Sequence record: MW349128.1
Origin: Staphylococcus phage Machias
DNA length: 64,000 bases
Strand: one strand, 5' to 3'
A model generated the notes under the pieces. The model saw only the letters and a program-made list of their open reading frames with translations, was not told the DNA's origin and searched no databases. A program made the position numbers and the translations under genes. This document shows positions 38,555-46,858 of this stretch, one piece after another; the first letter of the stretch is position 1, and each line of letters opens with the position of its first letter.

Positions 38555-38584
38555 TCCCAATATCTAATTTAATAGATATTGGGA
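38555..38584 (+). terminator. terminator, conserved hairpin family (TCCCAATATCT...AGATATTGGGA)
   Basis: 11-bp stem plus T-run after the tRNA region; a preceding AACCCTAACCT/AGGTTAGGGTT hairpin lies at about 38472..38527. Confidence 0.5.
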
Positions 38585-38600
38585 TTATTTTTATTTTACG

Positions 38601-38620
38601 TTTTAAATATATATTATAAA
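38601..38620 (+). promoter_or_regulatory. early-type promoter-like motif TTTTAAATATATATTATAAA
   Basis: 54 nt upstream of the 38674 start. Confidence 0.45.
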
Positions 38621-38673
38621 TTTGAGATTATTAAAATATAATCTTAATATTATAATATGGAGATGAATGCGAT

Positions 38674-40878
38674 ATGCTAGGTAAAAAATTAAGAGAAAGT
38701 TTTAAAGAAAAATTAGGTAATGACTATACATTTAATATAGATAATGATAAAGATTATCAAATAAATGAAGACAAAGTAAAAGTAACTTATAAAGGAAAAA
38801 TATCTGAAGAATTTAAGATAAGAATGATTAAATATACTAAAAGCAAAGAATGGCTTGATAATTATTTTGAAAGCTGTTTAAGAATAATTGACTCAGGAGA
38901 AAATGAAAATAAAGTTAACGCTGAGAAATTTTTAAAAAATAAAGAAAGAACTAAGAGACTTGAATCTCCTATGGTAGAAAACGCTAATGAATCTTTAGAA
39001 CCTTATACATTTTTCTTAAATAGCTCTACTAAAATGAAAGATAAAGTTAGATATTTAAAGAATAAAAGTAAAGAAGAAAAATATTTATTCTTCTATAATG
39101 CTACAATAGCTAAATATGGACTATATTCTCCTTATGATGTATCTAATTTTAAACCGAATAGTATAAATACTAAACAAAATATAGTATGTGAAAAACATGG
39201 TAGCTTTAAAAGTTCAGTTAAAAATTTTCTTATGAATGATCTTGATGGTTGTCCAGGTTGTAAGAAAGATGGAGAAGTGGCAACTACTGAAGATATCTTT
39301 AATAATTTAAAAGATATAGATCCTGATTTATTTTTAGAATTGACTAAAGATTACACAGAAGATGAAAAAGATCATATTTATGATTTAGCTCTAAATAAAG
39401 CTAATAATACAAACTATGATTTTTCTAAATTTAGACCCATTAACGAAAAAGATATTCAACCAATTATATGTGAAAAACATGGTGAATTTAAAACATCTAT
39501 ACATGAAATGTTATTTGATAAAAAATTAGCTTGTCCTAAATGTGAAGAAGAAAAACTTAGTATAGATAAAGACTGGGAAAAGATTGTAGAAAATAATAAA
39601 AAGAAACGTGAAGAAGAAACTGAGAAATTACTTAAGGGTATAAAGAAAACACCAAAAGCTAAAAAGAATATGAAGAAAGAAAGTATAGAAAGAGAAATTT
39701 CTAATAATTTTAATATTGATCAAGTTAATAATGTTATTAAAAGTTCAAATAAAGAACAAAAAGAAATAATTCCAGAACCAATACCAAAAATAAAGAATAA
39801 GAGAAAATATTCAGTTCAAGAATTAAAAGAGTATAAACGTATAAAGTCACTTAATACTAAGATTAAAAATCTTAATAACTTTGATTATACTGAAGAAGAA
39901 AAGACTGAAGTATATCAAACACTTGCAAATATTAAACATGGTAAAGATAAATATAATATGAGTAAATTTAGACCTAGCGATAAATATGAAAAATCAATAG
40001 TAATATGTAAAGACCATGGTGAATTTAAAATAAATGCAAATGAATTAATAGAAAAAGGTATTAATTGTCCGTCATGTAGTAATGGAAAATCATCTATTGC
40101 TGAATCAAAAGTATCTGATGAAATGAAATATTTAGGTTTTGAAATAGAAAGACAGAATAGAGATTTGTTAGATGGTAAAGAAATTGATATACTCTCTGAA
40201 GAACATAAATTGGCTATTGAAGTTAATGGAGTTAAATATCATTCTAATGAAACTAAATCTGATATAAATGCTAAGTATCATCAACTTAAGAAATACAATG
40301 AACTTAAAGAAAAGGGATACCATCTTCTTAATTTATTTGATGATGATATTCGTAATGAAACTAAAAGAATTGATGGTAAGAATTATGCTAAATTCTTACA
40401 TCAATTGTTACTATTTAAAGATGATTATTCCGTATTAGACTATGGTGGTATAAAAATTAAATCTATGGGATTCTTTACATTTAAAGATTTCTTTGAAAAT
40501 CATTCAACAGAAGACTTTTATGGAAAAGATTCTGACTTCTTCGCTCTTTATTATAAAGGTTATATTATTTGTGCATTTTCTTTTAATAATAAGACTAATG
40601 TATCACATAATTTTATTTCACTTTTAAATACAGACGCAGATTTAATTAAAATTAAGAAGGTATTTCCAGGTTTAACTTTTAACGTAAAATCTGATTCATA
40701 TACATGTTATAAATTTGAAAAATTTGGAATGTATAAAGTAGGTAATGAATTACCTATTGAAAAGACTTTCTTAAAAGGTACAAGTAATGATAGCTATATA
40801 AGAAATAAGATTGATAAAAATAAAACTTATATAAATAAAGTATATGATACAGGTTCGACTAATTTTATATTTGAATGA
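38674..40878 (+). CDS. free-standing homing-endonuclease-like protein, three CxHG...CPxC modules plus an EDxHD/Vsr-like nuclease domain
   Basis: CEKHGSFKSSV...GCPGCK, CEKHGEFKTSIH...ACPKCE, CKDHGEFKINAN...NCPSCS; LGFEIERQNRDLLDGKEIDILSEEHKLAIEVNGVKYH. No intron core elements flank it. Confidence 0.55.
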   Translation: MLGKKLRESFKEKLGNDYTFNIDNDKDYQINEDKVKVTYKGKISEEFKIRMIKYTKSKEWLDNYFESCLRIIDSGENENKVNAEKFLKNKERTKRLESPMVENANESLEPYTFFLNSSTKMKDKVRYLKNKSKEEKYLFFYNATIAKYGLYSPYDVSNFKPNSINTKQNIVCEKHGSFKSSVKNFLMNDLDGCPGCKKDGEVATTEDIFNNLKDIDPDLFLELTKDYTEDEKDHIYDLALNKANNTNYDFSKFRPINEKDIQPIICEKHGEFKTSIHEMLFDKKLACPKCEEEKLSIDKDWEKIVENNKKKREEETEKLLKGIKKTPKAKKNMKKESIEREISNNFNIDQVNNVIKSSNKEQKEIIPEPIPKIKNKRKYSVQELKEYKRIKSLNTKIKNLNNFDYTEEEKTEVYQTLANIKHGKDKYNMSKFRPSDKYEKSIVICKDHGEFKINANELIEKGINCPSCSNGKSSIAESKVSDEMKYLGFEIERQNRDLLDGKEIDILSEEHKLAIEVNGVKYHSNETKSDINAKYHQLKKYNELKEKGYHLLNLFDDDIRNETKRIDGKNYAKFLHQLLLFKDDYSVLDYGGIKIKSMGFFTFKDFFENHSTEDFYGKDSDFFALYYKGYIICAFSFNNKTNVSHNFISLLNTDADLIKIKKVFPGLTFNVKSDSYTCYKFEKFGMYKVGNELPIEKTFLKGTSNDSYIRNKIDKNKTYINKVYDTGSTNFIFE

Positions 40879-40889
40879 TTAAAAATATA

Positions 40890-40919
40890 TCCCCTAACCT
40901 AAATTAATAGGTTAGGGGA
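40890..40919. terminator. bidirectional terminator, conserved hairpin family (TCCCCTAACCT...AGGTTAGGGGA)
   Basis: Between convergent genes 38674..40878 and 40936..41628. Confidence 0.6.
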
Positions 40920-40935
40920 ATTTTATTATTTTTTT

Positions 40936-41628
40936 TTATTGTATTATCTTATTTGGTTTAACTTCATTCTTCATCTTGATTTCAGTTTTAACTTTATCAA
41001 GAACTTCTGATTCATATAAAGAAGGATCTTCTTCATATTTCTTAGTCATTTTCTTAACTGCTTCTATTTTATTTTCTAAAGGAGCTTCTAACTCAATTTG
41101 ATTAAAAAGACCTTCAAAATTACCAAAAACAAATTCTTCATTTAATGGAATAAATAGATCACCATTATGAGCTAGTTCATGTGCAGTATATGATAATGGT
41201 ACAATACCTATATTACCTTCAAAATGCATTTTAATAACATCTTCAGCTACAGTAAAACTTTCATATGATTTTTTATATTCATAATTAGTTTTTAATTTTT
41301 CACGATAGCTAGAAACGATATCATACAATGATAGTGGATAGTGGTGCATCTCAATAGTAAGTTTTTTATCATCATTAATATCAACTTCTGGTATAAACTT
41401 ACATTTAGTTAGATCCATTTCAGTTTTCAAAGCTTTAATAAATGATTTGTATTCATATGAGCTTCTAATTATTTTTTCTACATATTTATTAAAAGTCTCT
41501 TCAGACTTGATTTCGTCTTCAGTATTGTACATATCAAATTTTTTAGTTTCATCTACATTTAACTCTATTGTTTCTATTAATTTTGGCAGGTCTTTTTTAT
41601 CTACTTTTGGCATTTGCATAGATTTCAT
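40936..41628 (-). CDS. hypothetical protein (230 aa)
   Basis: ORF only. Confidence 0.45.
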   Translation of the reverse strand: MKSMQMPKVDKKDLPKLIETIELNVDETKKFDMYNTEDEIKSEETFNKYVEKIIRSSYEYKSFIKALKTEMDLTKCKFIPEVDINDDKKLTIEMHHYPLSLYDIVSSYREKLKTNYEYKKSYESFTVAEDVIKMHFEGNIGIVPLSYTAHELAHNGDLFIPLNEEFVFGNFEGLFNQIELEAPLENKIEAVKKMTKKYEEDPSLYESEVLDKVKTEIKMKNEVKPNKIIQ

Positions 41629-41725
41629 GACCTTCTTTCCGAATAATTTTGTTTACATTATTATAATAATATGTTACCATAATATTTTAAACTATATGAA
41701 TTTCATATTACCGTTTTATATCAAT

Positions 41726-41746
41726 TTTTAAATATATATTATAAAA
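41726..41746 (+). promoter_or_regulatory. early-type promoter-like motif TTTTTAAATATATATTATAAAA
   Basis: 61 nt upstream of the 41807 start. Confidence 0.45.
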
Positions 41747-41806
41747 GTGAAGTACTAATTGGCTAATAGTATTTCATAAAAATTATACTAGGAGAGTGAA
41801 TCGGAT

Positions 41807-43879
41807 ATGAGTAGAATAATACTAAAGAAAAACAATTTGTCAGAAGGTAATATCAGTTTAAAGGAAGTTAAACGTTGGTTTAAGAAAGAAATAGATGTTA
41901 ATCAACCATCTAAAATGGTAAATGATAAAGATTATGTAAATAATGTAAATAATCTTTTTGATGGTGTTATTAACATTATGAAAGATAATAAAATAACAGA
42001 TACAATGTTTAGATTTATTTCTAATGATAATAATGAAGAATCTAGAAATATTTTTATCGTTTATTCAATTGATAGTATTCCTTTTGTTACTAGGGTATAC
42101 GGTCCAAAAATGAATATTAAAGATAAACACAGCGATGTAAATGTAGATGCATTATTAAAATTTGTCAAATCAAGTATAATTGACAATTTAATGATTTATA
42201 AATTTTATAAAACTGGAAATTTTAGTTTCCATAAAAAACTAAGCAGTTTTGGTAATTATGAAAGAAATACATTATACGATTTAATTGCTGAAATTAATAA
42301 AGATTCTATTATGACAGCGTATAAAGAATTAAGTGTAGACAATTTAGGTAGTTATTTAATCTCACTAAACAGTGAGGAACTATTAAATAAATCTTATGAC
42401 GCAATTAATTATTTTGATTTACTAATGGATGCTAACCTAAATGTTAGAAGTAAAGAAGGTAAATTAATTGAAAAGATTGAAAGAAATGATATATTTTCAC
42501 AGAGAACATATTCTGAAGTGTTTACATTTAGTCAACGCTCAGATTATTATTTCGCTAGCAATCCATTATTCAATATTCCAAAAGTAAGCGATGTAAGAGA
42601 TGATACTAGAGTAGATTTATTTATATGCACAAATGGAAAAGAACAAAAGATAAGAGATACAAGTATCTTAACTAGAGAAAATTTGTATTTCAATCCATTT
42701 AGACAACGTTTCTTATCAGTTAGTTATGACCATCCTATTAGAGAGACATTGATATATGATTTATTCTTAAGTTTCTTAGGTATAGAAAATATTGAAAATA
42801 CTTTAAAGAGATTTACTTTTGAACTTCTTCAAGGGGTTTATTCAGGAATATATTCTAAAGGTAATGTTAATGAATTCACATCAAAATCATATTTATTGAA
42901 TTCAGAAAATAAACGTGGTTATATTAAGAAGAAGAAAAATGAGTATCCATTAAAAATGAATATATTAGAAACATCAAGTACTAGCACTCATATAGTAGGT
43001 TATACTTTATTCAATAACTTCTTATTTGAATATATACAGTCAAGTAATCAAACTATAAAACTTGATGATTTCAATGTTATAAAATTAATGAAATTCATTA
43101 CTTTTGAAAATAATAACACTGATTTTAATGAAGATATTAAAGATGTCTTCACTTCAAGAAAAGATATATTTGATAGTAGTAAACGTATTAAAACATCTTC
43201 AACTAGATATACAAATCTAAAACTAAGTTTAGAATCTTCATTAAAGGCAATATTCAATGAAGATAAAAATTACGTTGATGCATTTACCAATCAATATCGA
43301 AATATAATTGAAGAAAAATATGCAATTTCTAAACCTGAAAAAGAAAGTATTATTGAAATTAATAATGAAGATGAATTAAAACAAGTACAGGAAGAAATTA
43401 AATCAAAAGAAACTACTTTAGAATATGTAAAAGAAACTAAAAATGATAACAAAGAGGAGAAATTAAATATGACATACCAAATTATTAAAGAAAATAAATT
43501 CACTAAGGATGTATCATTTAAATATGCAGGAGCTACACATAGAATTGATAAAATTCGTAAAGGTGATATTGAATTAGAAATTGCTAAACGTAAATTATTT
43601 ATCAACAAGTTAATTAATGATAATACTAAATTTGCTTTTGTAGATAGTGTAGAGTTCTCTGATAGTCACACTATTAAAGTTACTAATATTGATGGTGAAG
43701 TTCAATTTGTTAGTGATTATATTGATGTTCTTGAAGGAACAGATACTTTAGAAGATATCAGAATTAAAGTTACTAATAAAGATTTAGATAGTGATGAAGA
43801 TTTAGTAAATTTAATTGCTGGTGAGAAAACTGATATCAATTCTTTAGATGAAGAAGTTTTAGATTCATTTATGGTTTAA
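41807..43879 (+). CDS. hypothetical protein (690 aa)
   Basis: RBS CTAGGAGAG; long ORF; no motifs. Confidence 0.5.
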   Translation: MSRIILKKNNLSEGNISLKEVKRWFKKEIDVNQPSKMVNDKDYVNNVNNLFDGVINIMKDNKITDTMFRFISNDNNEESRNIFIVYSIDSIPFVTRVYGPKMNIKDKHSDVNVDALLKFVKSSIIDNLMIYKFYKTGNFSFHKKLSSFGNYERNTLYDLIAEINKDSIMTAYKELSVDNLGSYLISLNSEELLNKSYDAINYFDLLMDANLNVRSKEGKLIEKIERNDIFSQRTYSEVFTFSQRSDYYFASNPLFNIPKVSDVRDDTRVDLFICTNGKEQKIRDTSILTRENLYFNPFRQRFLSVSYDHPIRETLIYDLFLSFLGIENIENTLKRFTFELLQGVYSGIYSKGNVNEFTSKSYLLNSENKRGYIKKKKNEYPLKMNILETSSTSTHIVGYTLFNNFLFEYIQSSNQTIKLDDFNVIKLMKFITFENNNTDFNEDIKDVFTSRKDIFDSSKRIKTSSTRYTNLKLSLESSLKAIFNEDKNYVDAFTNQYRNIIEEKYAISKPEKESIIEINNEDELKQVQEEIKSKETTLEYVKETKNDNKEEKLNMTYQIIKENKFTKDVSFKYAGATHRIDKIRKGDIELEIAKRKLFINKLINDNTKFAFVDSVEFSDSHTIKVTNIDGEVQFVSDYIDVLEGTDTLEDIRIKVTNKDLDSDEDLVNLIAGEKTDINSLDEEVLDSFMV

Positions 43880-43979
43880 TAAAATTAATAAATGATGAAA
43901 ACTTTTTAATTATATAAAGGATGAAGAGAGATCTAATCTCTCTTCATTTATTTTTTTTTTATAAATTCTAGGACGGTGT

Positions 43980-44591
43980 ATGAATTTGATAGACTTTAAG
44001 AAATATTTAAATGAAAATAGTGATAAAGTAACAATATATTGTGATGGTGCAATAAAAGGTGTTAAATCTAAAGGAACTAAATATGGTGGACTAGGTATAT
44101 ATTTACCTGAAGAAAATAGACCTTTTGAGTCTATGGGAATACCGGTAATGGATGAAAAATTAACTAATAACAATTTAGAAATACTATCATTTATATTTTC
44201 TGCTCTATTTGCTATAGAAACTTATAAGGGTGATAGAAAATTGAATATAAATATTAAAACTGATTCTAGATATGTTGTTGATGGTTTTAATGAATATCTC
44301 TTAAAATGGTCAGAAAATGGTTGGTTAACAAATACAGGAACTCCTATAAAAAATAAAGAATTATGGTTATTAGTGGATGATATAAAACATAATTTAGGAA
44401 TGAAGTTTAATATAAATTTATCATGGACAAAAGGACATAATAAATCAATTGATCAAGATTCAAAATATAATGAAATAGCTGATGAATATGCAAATAAAGG
44501 AAAATTACTTGCTTATGAAAATAATGATGAAGCTTATTCATATGATTATATTATAGAGAAAATAACTGAATTTGTTAATAATTTAAAATAA
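43980..44591 (+). CDS. rnhA: ribonuclease H (RNase HI family)
   Basis: IYCDGA, TNNNLEILS, IKTDSRYVVDG, W..NGW, KNKELW, WTKGH and NE.AD.YA residues match the E. coli RNase HI catalytic and structural motifs. Confidence 0.8.
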   Translation: MNLIDFKKYLNENSDKVTIYCDGAIKGVKSKGTKYGGLGIYLPEENRPFESMGIPVMDEKLTNNNLEILSFIFSALFAIETYKGDRKLNINIKTDSRYVVDGFNEYLLKWSENGWLTNTGTPIKNKELWLLVDDIKHNLGMKFNINLSWTKGHNKSIDQDSKYNEIADEYANKGKLLAYENNDEAYSYDYIIEKITEFVNNLK

Positions 44592-44600
44592 AAGGAGAAT

Positions 44601-45155
44601 ATGGATTTAATTATGACTACAAAAATAGATTTTAATGATAATGAATTTAATAATTTTTATGAAATTAGTAAATGGAACATATTATGTATGAAATACTGTA
44701 AAGAAGCTTCTGAGTTAAGTAAATGTGCAGCTAAAAAAGTTAGTGCAATTATTGCAGATAATTCTTCAATATATTCTATAGGAGTAAATGGATCATTTCC
44801 TGGTAAAGTTAATTGTAATGAAATATTTAAGAAAAAAGATAATATTTGGTATGAAATTAATGGAGATGAGTTAATAGAATGCAAAGATCAAGAATTACAT
44901 CATAAATGGTCATTACTTAATGAAGTTCATGCAGAAATAAATGCATTGACTAAGATGAGTAAAAAAGGAATATCTACAGAAGGACTTGATTTATATTGCA
45001 CACATTCACCATGTTACAATTGTGCTAAGAATATCATAGCTTCAGGAATAAAAACAGTTTACTTTAATGAACTCTATGATGATTATGAACCTGTTATGGA
45101 TTTATTAATAGAGAATAATGTTAATTTCATTAGAATTAAGGATGATGAACTGTAA
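44601..45155 (+). CDS. dCMP deaminase (cytidine/deoxycytidylate deaminase fold)
   Basis: Zinc-binding HAEINAL and SPCYNCAKNIIASGIKTVYF, as in ComEB/T4 Cd-type dCMP deaminases. Confidence 0.7.
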   Translation: MDLIMTTKIDFNDNEFNNFYEISKWNILCMKYCKEASELSKCAAKKVSAIIADNSSIYSIGVNGSFPGKVNCNEIFKKKDNIWYEINGDELIECKDQELHHKWSLLNEVHAEINALTKMSKKGISTEGLDLYCTHSPCYNCAKNIIASGIKTVYFNELYDDYEPVMDLLIENNVNFIRIKDDEL

Positions 45156-45319
45156 TGATTTATATTGTAACGGTTTTCATAATAAGTTTATTATTATTTA
45201 TATTACCAACTCTTTTATATGATATTCCTAAAAAAGAATATAATGAAAAAATTAAAATTAGGAATAAAAGAAAAAGATTTAATAATTTAAGAAGAATAAA
45301 AAGGAAGTGAAATGAATAA

Positions 45320-45790
45320 ATGTGGTTTTTAGTTACAGCTTTAATATTTATATGTGTACTTCTAGGTATATTCATAGGACATTATTATTATAAATATAAG
45401 CAAAGCTTAAAGAATATTAATCAACTTCAATATAAAGTAAAAGATATGGAAGACAAATTTGATGGTAAAAGTATCATTGATGATTTAGATTATTCTATTG
45501 ATAACTTCTTAAAACCTACTTATGATATAACAATAGAAGAAATATATCTAGATGTATATTTAGAAAATCCATCTATGAAATTTTCTAATGTAAGTATTAC
45601 GGAACAAAGAAAGAATACAATATTAGAAGATGTTTATAATAGATACATGAATTATATATCTGAAGATTTTAAGAAAAAACTCTATAAAGTTTATGACAAT
45701 GAAGAATTACCAAATATCATATTAGATATAATGTACTACAAATTAACACTATATGTAAAAGAAAGAAATGACTATCAAAAATCTATTTAA
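45320..45790 (+). CDS. hypothetical membrane protein (single N-terminal TM)
   Basis: MWFLVTALIFICVLLGIFIG followed by a charged coiled region. Confidence 0.4.
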   Translation: MWFLVTALIFICVLLGIFIGHYYYKYKQSLKNINQLQYKVKDMEDKFDGKSIIDDLDYSIDNFLKPTYDITIEEIYLDVYLENPSMKFSNVSITEQRKNTILEDVYNRYMNYISEDFKKKLYKVYDNEELPNIILDIMYYKLTLYVKERNDYQKSI

Positions 45791-45798
45791 AAATATAA

Positions 45799-45830
45799 TC
45801 CCCAATACCTAAATTAATAGGTATTGGGGA
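45799..45830. terminator. bidirectional terminator, conserved hairpin family (TCCCCAATACCT...AGGTATTGGGGA)
   Basis: Between convergent genes; long T-run. Confidence 0.6.
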
Positions 45831-45849
45831 AATTTTATTATTTTTTTTT

Positions 45850-46830
45850 TTATTCTTCGTTTAATTGAACTTTTCCTGATTTTGGTTTATTTTCATTATC
45901 TCTAACTCTAGGTTTTACACCATCACCAGATGGTTTAGTAGAACCATTCTCAGGATTTACTTTAGAAGATTGAGATGTATTAACTTTCAATGATCCATTT
46001 TTAATAGATTTTTGAACTTCTGACATATCAAATGTGCTTAATTTAGCTGTATGAACTAATTCCATAATAGTATAGTCTAAAACAGCTTCAGTTAACGCAT
46101 TCATATTAACTTCTTCAGCAGAAATTTCTTCTTTAAGATATTCTTCATTATTTACAATATCATTAATTGCCATTTCATGTAATGTACGGAAAAATGTTTT
46201 ACTTTGTTTTTTATGAGTATCAGCAATACCTTCATTTAATTTTTCACGTACTTCAACTAGTTCTGATTCTCTGATTACTGCAGATTCAATTTTCTTAGCA
46301 ACTACATTTACTAAGTAGTCAAATTCAGTACTACCTTTTTTATAAACTACTTTAGCTCCTTTAATTGAGTCTTTAGGATCAATAACTCCATGAGCATCTT
46401 TAGCATAAGCTGCAGCATTGAATTTTGCATTTTTAAATACTTCACTACCTTGATAATCAGCTAATTCAGCATCAATTGCTTCATTAAAGAAAACACGACT
46501 CTTACTTACAATATGGTCACGTAATTTACTTTTATCAGCAATTTTGTTAGGGAAAGTATTAAATACTAATGCTGAGAATAAAGTAGTCATGATAGTTTGA
46601 GTGTTTAATGATAATAAATCTCTATCATTTTTATTTTTAGCGTTATCTATAGCTCTTTTATTTGTAGCCTTGATTTGGTTATTTCTTCCTGAAATTAAAT
46701 CTTTTTCTTTCGAAACTTGTAATTCTTCATTAACCATATCGTTGTATTTCTTTTGTTCTAAAGCTTTATTAGCTTTTTTATTTAAGTCAGCTTGACTTTG
46801 ACGATATTTTGAGATGAATGGTTTAGACAT
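45850..46830 (-). CDS. hypothetical protein (326 aa)
   Basis: ORF only. Confidence 0.45.
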   Translation of the reverse strand: MSKPFISKYRQSQADLNKKANKALEQKKYNDMVNEELQVSKEKDLISGRNNQIKATNKRAIDNAKNKNDRDLLSLNTQTIMTTLFSALVFNTFPNKIADKSKLRDHIVSKSRVFFNEAIDAELADYQGSEVFKNAKFNAAAYAKDAHGVIDPKDSIKGAKVVYKKGSTEFDYLVNVVAKKIESAVIRESELVEVREKLNEGIADTHKKQSKTFFRTLHEMAINDIVNNEEYLKEEISAEEVNMNALTEAVLDYTIMELVHTAKLSTFDMSEVQKSIKNGSLKVNTSQSSKVNPENGSTKPSGDGVKPRVRDNENKPKSGKVQLNEE

Positions 46831-46858
46831 AAGTTTAAATTCTCCTTTTTATTTTATA

